Shown here one piece after another: positions 18,949 to 25,911 of a DNA stretch of 64,000 nt. Positions within the stretch are counted from its first letter, which is position 1. Each line of letters begins with the position of its first letter. Origin of the DNA: an uncultured Candidatus Saccharibacteria bacterium. GTDB taxonomy: Bacteria; Patescibacteriota; Minisyncoccia; Phycocordibacterales; UBA12088. The position numbers were made by a program, and so were the translations under genes. The stretch is taken from contig CAZMLK010000001.1 of NCBI GenBank assembly GCA_964567265.1, forward strand, positions 395,723 to 459,722, in the 5' to 3' direction. Under the pieces are notes generated by a model that worked only from the letters and a program-made list of their open reading frames with translations, ran no database searches and had not been told where the DNA came from.

Positions 18949-20013
18949 CTATTCGTCGAGGTCAGGCTTTTCGAGCACGAGCACGCTCGCGGCGAGTCCT
19001 GCCGACTCACCAGTGATCCGGAGCACATCTTTGTCTATCTTCTTGAATTCCTTGCCGCTCGCCATGTAGTGATTCACCACCGTCGAGAGCGACACGCCCA
19101 GTTTCGCATGATAGTCGCCATACGCGCCGAGATGCTTCGAGAGCTCGGCGACGCGCTTGATGATGTCCTTTGCCGTTTCCTCGATCTGCATGGCCTTGAG
19201 CCCTTGGAGCACCGTCTGGAGGTACGCCAAGAATGAGGTCGGCGAGACGATGATGACTTTGTACTTCCCTGCCGCGCGCTGGATCAGGTTCTCGGTGTCG
19301 TCGGTGACCGCGCCGATCTTGTTGATGAGGAGATCATAATAGATCGCCTCATGCGGGATGAACATGAATGCGAATTCCATCGTCCCTTCTTCGGGACGGA
19401 TGTATTTCGACGTCTCCTGGATGCGGAGCTTGAGGTCGTTCGTGAACAGCTTCTCGAGCCGGTCCTTCTCTGAAGGATCCTTCGCTTCGATGAGACGGTT
19501 GTAGTTCTCGAGCGAGAATTTCGAGTCGATCGGGATGATCTTGTCCTTCACGAAAACGGCAGCGTCCACGATCTCGCCACTCTTGAACATGTACTGCATC
19601 TGGAAATTGCCGGGCGGCAGGACGTTCTGGAGGAGCGTCTCCAGGTAATACTCGCCGAGGATGCCGCGCTGCTTCGGGTTCTTGAGAATATCTTGGAGGG
19701 ATTGGAGCTGCTCCGCGAACCCTTGCGTCTGCCGGCCGATTTCCTTCACCGACGTGATCTCCTCGGTGATCTCACGGATCAAGCGCGACGATTCGCCGAG
19801 TTGGACGCGCATAGTCTCGTGGATCTGCGTATTCGACTCCCCCATGCGGCGGTCGAGCGTGGTGGAGAGCGACTGGAGTTCCTTCTGGAGGAGCAGCAAG
19901 CCTTCCATCTTGTCATCCTTCCCGTCGTCTTTCCGACGGAGGAGAAACCACACCAACCCTCCATTGAAGGCCGCGAACACGACGAAAAATATGATGAGTA
20001 TCCAGATCTCCAT
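18949..20013 (-). CDS. rmuC: DNA recombination protein RmuC
   Basis: N-terminal TM helix, coiled coil, then KQRGILGEYYLETLL ... FMFIPHEAIYY ... VIIVSPTSFLAYL, typical of the RmuC family. Confidence 0.85.
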   Translation of the reverse strand: MEIWILIIFFVVFAAFNGGLVWFLLRRKDDGKDDKMEGLLLLQKELQSLSTTLDRRMGESNTQIHETMRVQLGESSRLIREITEEITSVKEIGRQTQGFAEQLQSLQDILKNPKQRGILGEYYLETLLQNVLPPGNFQMQYMFKSGEIVDAAVFVKDKIIPIDSKFSLENYNRLIEAKDPSEKDRLEKLFTNDLKLRIQETSKYIRPEEGTMEFAFMFIPHEAIYYDLLINKIGAVTDDTENLIQRAAGKYKVIIVSPTSFLAYLQTVLQGLKAMQIEETAKDIIKRVAELSKHLGAYGDYHAKLGVSLSTVVNHYMASGKEFKKIDKDVLRITGESAGLAASVLVLEKPDLDE

Positions 20014-20022
20014 AGGGCTATC

Positions 20023-22734
20023 TTACGCTTCCGTAGCCTTTCTGCCAAAAAAAAGCAATTTTGTCGTCTCGATCGTCGCAAGGTTGAAAAACCCGATGCC
20101 AGCAAGGATGAGCACATCCGAATGCGAGAGCGGCACGAGATGGAGGAGGTGCGAAAGCGCGGGGATATTGAGGGCGCCGAGGAGCGCAGCGAAGCTCGCG
20201 GCGAGCGCCAGGAGAAGGAATCTATTCGAGAATATATTGATACGCCAGAGTGGCTGGCTGAGGCTCTTCATCGAGAACGCGAAGAAGATGGAATCGAGCG
20301 AGAGCGATATGAACATGATGGTCCGGATCTCCTCCTCCGGCATGCCTGTGAGCACGAGATAGATGTAGAGCGCGACCAGGAAGCTGCCGGAAATGAGGCT
20401 CGCGAGGATGATGAGCTTTTTCAAAGCAGGCGTCACGAGCGCGTTCTTAGAACGGGATCGCGGCTTGCGGCGCATGATTCCCTTCTCAGCCGGCTCGAAT
20501 GCGAATGCGAAATTCATAAGCCCTCCTTCGATGATATTGGTCCAGAGGAGCTGGGTCGGCAGGATCGGCAGCGGCGCCGCGAGCACCAAGGATCCCGTAA
20601 TGAGGAAGATGCTGCTGAAATTCGTCGCCAGCATGTAGGCAAAGATCTTGCGGAGGTTGTCGACGATACGGCGCCCTTCTTCGATCGCCGCGACCATGAT
20701 CGAGAAGCTGTTATCGAGGAGGATGAGATCGGATGCCTCTTTCGCGACTTCCGTACCGCTCCCGACCGCGACGCCGATGTCGGCGCTCCGGAGCGCAGGC
20801 GCGTCGTTGATGCCGTCTCCCGTCATCGCGACCACCTCGCCGGCATTCTTGAGGATGCGCACGATGCGGAGTTTCTGTTCTGGCGTCACGCGCGCGAACA
20901 CCTGCGCTTCACGGAGCGCGCGGAGGAGCGCCTCATCATCCATCTCCTCGAGCTTGGTGCCGGTGTACGATGAGAATTCCCCCTCCGCGACGCCCGCGTC
21001 GCGCGCGATCGCGCGAGCGGTCTCCTCGTTGTCGCCCGTGAGCATGATCACCGTCGCCCCCGCGCCCTTCACGGTCTTGATCGCTTCCGGCACGTCCTTG
21101 CGGATCGGATCGTGGAACGCCAGGAGGCCGACGAACGTGCTCCCATTGGTCAGCTTGTGATGCTCCTCGTCATCCTTTTCCGGAATCTTGTGCCAGGACA
21201 CTTCCTTGTACGCGACCGCGATGAAGCGCATGCCTTCGCGGCTGAGCGAGAGCTGTACCTGCTCGAATTGCCCGCGATCGTCACCCGTCATCGGGACCGC
21301 CTTTCCCTCGCGGTACACGTATTCAGCCCGCTCGAGGAATGCCTCCGGCGCACCGGTCATGATGAGCCGGCGCTCCTTTCCTTTCTGCTCATTGAGCGAC
21401 GCGCCGAACCGCCTCGAAGATTCGAAATGGAGGAAGTCTACTCGCTTCTGCTCGGCATGGAGGCCAGGCTGGGTGATTCCCTCCTTGAGGCCCGCATGCA
21501 ATATCGCTTTCTCGATGGGCCGGCCGTGGATGATGAATTTCGCTTCCCCTTCCTTCGCCTCGATGCCTGGATTCTCGAACTCCTCGATGAACGCGTCAGA
21601 TCCGAGGACTGCCATTCGGAGAAGATCCTTTGCATCTTCTTCCCACGCTTCGCCCGGGGCATGCGCGCGTGATTCGAGCGTGTAGACGGATGCCAGATCC
21701 ATGCGGGCTTCAGTCAGCGTGCCGGTCTTGTCAGTAAGGATCACCGTCGTCGCGCCGAGCGTCTCTGCCGCGAGCATGTTCCTCACTAATCCGCCGCGGC
21801 GGAGGATCGCTTCCATGCCGATCGCGAGCACTGCCGTGACTGCAGCAGGAAGGCCCTCGGGCACGACGGCAACAGCAATCGCGATCGCGATGAAGAGCAT
21901 CTCGATGAGCGGCTCGCCGCGCAGCAGCCCGAGGATGAAGATGACGGCGATGAGCACGACGACCAGGGATACGAGCATCGAAGCGATATGGTGGAGATTT
22001 TCCTGGAGCGGCGTCCGGCGCGTATCCGCGGACCCGAGCTCGCGCGCAATCGCGCCGACTTCCGTCTGCATGCCGACCGCGACCGCGACACCGAGGCCGG
22101 AACCGCCGACCACGAGCGTATTCGCGTATGCCATGTTGAGGCGTTCGGCGAGCGGCAGAGTATTCTCAAGCACTGCCGGATCCTTGGAGACCGGCAGCCA
22201 TTCGCCCGAGAGCGAAGCTTCGTTGACGGAGAGCGTGTGCACTTCAATCAACCGTACATCAGCGGGCACCGTATATCCGGCTTCCAAAACAACGATATCC
22301 CCGACGACCACTTCTTCAGAAGGAATGGTGACCTTCTCGCCATCGCGAATGACGATGGCGCGTTTGATCTCGGATGAACTGAGGAGCTGGAAGGCGCGGC
22401 TCGCCCGTCCCTCCTGGAAGAGCCCGATGCCGACATTGAGGATGAGCGCCGCGAAGATGACCGCACTGTCGGAAGTCTCATGGAGAAGGAGCGTCGCGAA
22501 GCCGGCAACCAGGAGCACTGCCGCGAGCGGATTCTCGAGCTGGCGGAGCACGCGATGGCCAGCGGTATCGGTATTCGTCGAGGTAAGGACGTTCCTCCCG
22601 AACGCTTCACGGAGCGTGGCGACCTGTGCATCGCTCTGGCCGGTCTCCGGGCTCACCTTGAAACGCGACAGCAGCGCGTCAACCGGCTCCGCGTGAGCAG
22701 GCGCTCCTTCCAGTGCATCTGTGCCTTTCGACAT
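20023..22734 (-). CDS. cation-transporting P-type ATPase (P2/Ca2+-Mg2+ type)
   Basis: DKTGTLT, TGDN, MTGDGINDAPAL, and about 10 TM helices. 903 aa. Confidence 0.9.
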   Translation of the reverse strand: MSKGTDALEGAPAHAEPVDALLSRFKVSPETGQSDAQVATLREAFGRNVLTSTNTDTAGHRVLRQLENPLAAVLLVAGFATLLLHETSDSAVIFAALILNVGIGLFQEGRASRAFQLLSSSEIKRAIVIRDGEKVTIPSEEVVVGDIVVLEAGYTVPADVRLIEVHTLSVNEASLSGEWLPVSKDPAVLENTLPLAERLNMAYANTLVVGGSGLGVAVAVGMQTEVGAIARELGSADTRRTPLQENLHHIASMLVSLVVVLIAVIFILGLLRGEPLIEMLFIAIAIAVAVVPEGLPAAVTAVLAIGMEAILRRGGLVRNMLAAETLGATTVILTDKTGTLTEARMDLASVYTLESRAHAPGEAWEEDAKDLLRMAVLGSDAFIEEFENPGIEAKEGEAKFIIHGRPIEKAILHAGLKEGITQPGLHAEQKRVDFLHFESSRRFGASLNEQKGKERRLIMTGAPEAFLERAEYVYREGKAVPMTGDDRGQFEQVQLSLSREGMRFIAVAYKEVSWHKIPEKDDEEHHKLTNGSTFVGLLAFHDPIRKDVPEAIKTVKGAGATVIMLTGDNEETARAIARDAGVAEGEFSSYTGTKLEEMDDEALLRALREAQVFARVTPEQKLRIVRILKNAGEVVAMTGDGINDAPALRSADIGVAVGSGTEVAKEASDLILLDNSFSIMVAAIEEGRRIVDNLRKIFAYMLATNFSSIFLITGSLVLAAPLPILPTQLLWTNIIEGGLMNFAFAFEPAEKGIMRRKPRSRSKNALVTPALKKLIILASLISGSFLVALYIYLVLTGMPEEEIRTIMFISLSLDSIFFAFSMKSLSQPLWRINIFSNRFLLLALAASFAALLGALNIPALSHLLHLVPLSHSDVLILAGIGFFNLATIETTKLLFFGRKATEA

Positions 22735-22743
22735 ATAGCTCTG

Positions 22744-22749
22744 AGTATA
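22744..22749 (-). promoter_or_regulatory. -10 box of the P-type ATPase gene (leaderless-type)
   Basis: Minus strand: TATACT-9 nt-ATG. Confidence 0.45.
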
Positions 22750-22788
22750 GCAAAGGGTCCCGTACTTTCAGAGGCATTTTTCATTTGG

Positions 22789-22794
22789 TATACT
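22789..22794 (+). promoter_or_regulatory. extended -10 box of the yqeY-like gene (leaderless-type)
   Basis: TGgTATACT-6 nt-ATG at 22801. Confidence 0.5.
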
Positions 22795-22800
22795 GCTCCC

Positions 22801-23250
22801 ATGATACAAACCCACATCCGCGAAGAGCTCTTGAAAGCCATGAAATCCAAGGAGGAACCGAAGCGGACGGTGCTTCGCGGCATCATCAGCGCCTTCACGA
22901 ACGAGCTCATCACCCTGAAGCGCTCTCCACAAGGAGAACTTACCGACCAGGAGGCCCTCGCCGTCATCCGCCGCGCCGTGAAGCAGCGCCGCGATTCGAT
23001 CGATCAGTTCCGGAAGGGTCATCGCGACGACCTCGCGCTTGCTGAGTCTGAGGAGCTCATGGTGCTCGAAGCATACGTGCCGCAGATGATGTCGAAAGAG
23101 GAGATCGTGCAGCATGCGCTCGCGAAGAAGGCGGAGCTCGGACTGACGGAGAAAGCGCAGGTCGGCCTCCTCATGGCGTCCTTGATGAAGGAACTCCACG
23201 GCAAGGCGGACGGCGCGGATGTAAAGGAAGTGGTTACTTCCCTATTCTAA
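22801..23250 (+). CDS. yqeY: GatB/YqeY domain protein
   Basis: IREELLKAMKSKE..R..LRGIISA ... AVIRRAVKQRRDSI..F ... E.E..VLEAYVP. Start at the internal ATG of track ORF 22480..23250. Confidence 0.8.
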   Translation: MIQTHIREELLKAMKSKEEPKRTVLRGIISAFTNELITLKRSPQGELTDQEALAVIRRAVKQRRDSIDQFRKGHRDDLALAESEELMVLEAYVPQMMSKEEIVQHALAKKAELGLTEKAQVGLLMASLMKELHGKADGADVKEVVTSLF

Positions 23251-23276
23251 GGAAGCGGGAGGTTCTAAAAGAAAAA

Positions 23277-23306
23277 GCCCCCGCGCCTTCGGCGCGGGGG
23301 CTTTTT
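23277..23306. terminator. bidirectional terminator
   Basis: AAAAA-GCCCCCGCGCC-ttc-GGCGCGGGGGC-TTTTT. Confidence 0.85.
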
Positions 23307-23324
23307 CTAATTCTCTTTCAAACG

Positions 23325-25730
23325 CTATGGAGTCGAAACTGCCCTGAGCATCGGCTCGATGCGGTCAGCAACCCGTGCATACCCGCTGGCATTCGGATGC
23401 ACCAAGTCGCTGCTCGTGAGGAACGGATTTCCCAGGACTCCTTTCAGGATATTCTCGACATACGCCGACTGCGTATCTCGTGCCACGTCCTTATACCGAT
23501 CATTGAGCGACGGGTTGAGGATGCCTCCGCCGAGACCGACCACGAGTACAACTGCTCCCTTCGCCTGGATGCGCTCCACAATGGTCTGCAGGTTCGAGAA
23601 TGTCTCAGCCCGTGAGACCGCGGGCACGCTGAGATTCGCGCCGATGCGGACAAGGATCAAGCGTATGCGTTCAGCAAAAGCCTTGTCGCCAATCGCGAGC
23701 GCTTCCTCATACATCCGGTGAAGCTCATCGTTCGCTCCGAGGAAGACAATGACGACTTTCGGATTCTTGGAAAGGACATCAGCGTCGAGGCGCGCGAGCG
23801 CCATCGAGGTATCGTTGCCGGACACGCCTGCATTCTGGATCGGCTTGCCGAGACGCTGCGAGAGCACGCTTACGTAGTCCTTTCCGGCAGGAGCACCGAC
23901 ACCGGAGGTCAGGCTGTCTCCGAGCGCGATAATATTCTGACCTTTTGATGGGTAGTTCTTGACCGGCCAGGGATTGCCTCCCGGATTCCCGCCGGTACCA
24001 CCCGTGGTTCCCCCGGTAGTACCGGTCGTTCCAGTAGTCCCTGTGGTGCCGGTCGTGCCTGTAGTTCCTGTAGTGCCCGTTGTCCCCGTGCTTCCGCCGC
24101 CGCCAACACGAATGCTGCCAGGACTCGCTCCAACTCGAGTGAACCCATCGTTGATGAATACGCGTGCCTCATAGATGCCATCAGCAAGTGAAGGAAAGGT
24201 CATCGATCCGGATGTTCCACCAGCTGGGATGTACTGCCATGCCGTGTACGAACGATCACCCTGCCCTGCTGCATAGATTCCCACCCAGTCTTTCGCATTG
24301 CGGCTCTGAGGTGCCTGCCAGTTCACGGTCACCGCGCCTCCAGACGGAACGGTTGCTGCTGCAAAGGCGACGGCATATCCGCCGGTACCGCCCGTCGTTC
24401 CTCCTGTGGTCCCTCCGGTCGTACCTGTGGTTCCCGTAGTACCGGTAGTTCCTGTCGTGCCTGTGGTTCCGGTAGTGCCCGTCGTTCCTGTGGTGCCAGT
24501 TGTCCCGCCCGTGGTGCCTCCCGTTCCTCCCATCGTAAATGCATTCGAGACCGCGACATGCGCACCCCCGCTGGTCACAAAATATCGTGCCTCATACACG
24601 CCCGGCTGGAAGCTTGTGAAATCAACGGCACCATCAGCAGATCCGATCGGAACATACTGCCACTTCCAATAGCCGCCATCGCTTCCAGAATTCGGCGTAT
24701 AGATGCCGATCCAGTCATGCGCTCCGACTGCAGGCGTGTGATAGGTCACATGCGCAACGCTGCCATTCACAGTAACTGAGAGCGAATATGAACCTCCGCC
24801 GCCGGTCGTTCCTCCTGTAGAGCCGCCCGTCGTACCTGTGGTTCCCGTAGTGCCCGTTGTCCCTGTCGTGCCAGTGGTCCCCGTCGTTCCAGTAGTACCA
24901 GTTGTGCCGGTTGTGCCCGTTCCGCCACCACCGCCAACACTGACAGAGCCAGGACTGGTCGCTGCACGCGTATATCCATTATTCAAATACAACCGCGCTT
25001 CATACTGGCCGTTCGCAAGTCCCGGAAAGCTGAGCGTTCCAGATGTCGCACCGCCGATGTACTGCCATGCCGTATACGAGCGATCTCCCTGGCCAGTCGC
25101 GTAAATGCCGACCCAATCTTGCGTACCGCGACTTGCGGGCGCCTGCCAGTTGACCACGACAGCACCTCCAGTCGGGACCGAAGCAGATGCGAACGAGACC
25201 GCATATCCTCCGGTACCGCCGGTGGTCCCGCCGGTAGTACCTCCCGTGGTCCCAGTTGTGCCGGTCGTTCCAGTCGTCCCCGTGGTACCGGTCGTGCCTG
25301 TTGTCCCAGATGTACCCGTCGTCCCAGTGGTTCCCGTAGTGCCTCCGGTTGTTCCCGTCCCTCCTCCGCCACCGTACGTGACCGAATTCGAGACTGCGAC
25401 ATGGCTATAGCCATTGGCGACAAGATACCGTGCTTCGTATGTGCCCGGATTGACGTTTAAGAAATCAATCGCTCCGTCTACCGCACCAGCCGGAACGTAC
25501 TGGTACAGGATGAATCCATGGTTGTCTGCTCCCACCGGAAAGAGTCCAATCCAATCCTGGTTGCCGGCCGTCGGCGCATGGTAGGTAACATGAATAATCC
25601 CGCCGGTGACAGTTGCATTCAACGTATAGCTTCCAACCTGCGCGTCAGCCCTTTCCACGGCTCCAAACCCAATGAGGGCGATCGCGGCTGAAAGAAGGAT
25701 TGTTGCCCTGATGGTGGTATGCATGGTCAT
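23325..25730 (-). CDS. secreted multidomain protein: 4 copies of a ~90-aa repeat (A-B-A-B) separated by Thr/Gly linkers, plus a C-terminal SGNH/GDSL hydrolase
   Basis: N-terminal signal-like ILLSAAIALIGFGAVERADA. The repeats carry DW[IV]G[IL][YF] and YEAR motifs. The C-terminal IIALGDSLTSG, SGND, FLGANDE and DLVHPN correspond to SGNH blocks I, II, III and V. Confidence 0.8.
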   Translation of the reverse strand: MTMHTTIRATILLSAAIALIGFGAVERADAQVGSYTLNATVTGGIIHVTYHAPTAGNQDWIGLFPVGADNHGFILYQYVPAGAVDGAIDFLNVNPGTYEARYLVANGYSHVAVSNSVTYGGGGGTGTTGGTTGTTGTTGTSGTTGTTGTTGTTGTTGTTGTTGGTTGGTTGGTGGYAVSFASASVPTGGAVVVNWQAPASRGTQDWVGIYATGQGDRSYTAWQYIGGATSGTLSFPGLANGQYEARLYLNNGYTRAATSPGSVSVGGGGGTGTTGTTGTTGTTGTTGTTGTTGTTGTTGTTGGSTGGTTGGGGSYSLSVTVNGSVAHVTYHTPAVGAHDWIGIYTPNSGSDGGYWKWQYVPIGSADGAVDFTSFQPGVYEARYFVTSGGAHVAVSNAFTMGGTGGTTGGTTGTTGTTGTTGTTGTTGTTGTTGTTGTTGGTTGGTTGGTGGYAVAFAAATVPSGGAVTVNWQAPQSRNAKDWVGIYAAGQGDRSYTAWQYIPAGGTSGSMTFPSLADGIYEARVFINDGFTRVGASPGSIRVGGGGSTGTTGTTGTTGTTGTTGTTGTTGTTGGTTGGTGGNPGGNPWPVKNYPSKGQNIIALGDSLTSGVGAPAGKDYVSVLSQRLGKPIQNAGVSGNDTSMALARLDADVLSKNPKVVIVFLGANDELHRMYEEALAIGDKAFAERIRLILVRIGANLSVPAVSRAETFSNLQTIVERIQAKGAVVLVVGLGGGILNPSLNDRYKDVARDTQSAYVENILKGVLGNPFLTSSDLVHPNASGYARVADRIEPMLRAVSTP
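23976..24104 (-). repeat. coding Thr/Gly (TTG)n linker 4, imperfect 9-bp periodic repeat
   Basis: Encodes GGGGSTGTTGTTGTTG... The antisense frame reads (VVP)n. Confidence 0.85.
24378..24530 (-). repeat. coding Thr/Gly (TTG)n linker 3
   Basis: Encodes GGTGGTTGGTTGTTGTTG...GGTTGGTGG. Confidence 0.85.
24792..24935 (-). repeat. coding Thr/Gly (TTG)n linker 2
   Basis: Encodes GGGGGTGTTGTTGTTG...GGSTGGTTGGGG. Confidence 0.85.
25206..25373 (-). repeat. coding Thr/Gly (TTG)n linker 1
   Basis: Encodes GGGGGTGTTGGTTGTTGTTGTSGTTG...GGTTGGTGG. Confidence 0.85.
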
Positions 25731-25862
25731 GATAGTGATGACTCGTATGATAACGGATTCTTTCTAAAGGGATTATGAAGACAGAAGTGGGTTACCCCGG
25801 CCGAGCTGCCTGATTTTTGCTCGGGCACACAATACAACGTTTTTGAGGGATTGCATAGGAAA

Positions 25863-25891
25863 AGAGGCCGCGCGAAGCGCGGCCTCTTTTT
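25863..25891. terminator. bidirectional terminator downstream of the beta-helix gene
   Basis: AGAGGCCGCGC-gaa-GCGCGGCCTCT flanked by A and T runs. Confidence 0.8.
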
Positions 25892-25911
25892 GCTACATCG
25901 CACCAATCCAA

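Noticed and set aside
23976-25373. Periodic short repeats that might be mistaken for a CRISPR or minisatellite array.
   Set aside because: The period is 9 bp, there are no unique spacers, and the tracts lie entirely inside a continuous ORF encoding TTG linkers. No cas genes are present.
23959-25410. (VVP)n-rich ORFs on the plus strand: 23959..24174, 24406..24672, 24838..25104 and 25105..25410.
   Set aside because: They are the antisense reading of the Thr/Gly linker repeats of the 801-aa minus-strand protein and have no independent support.
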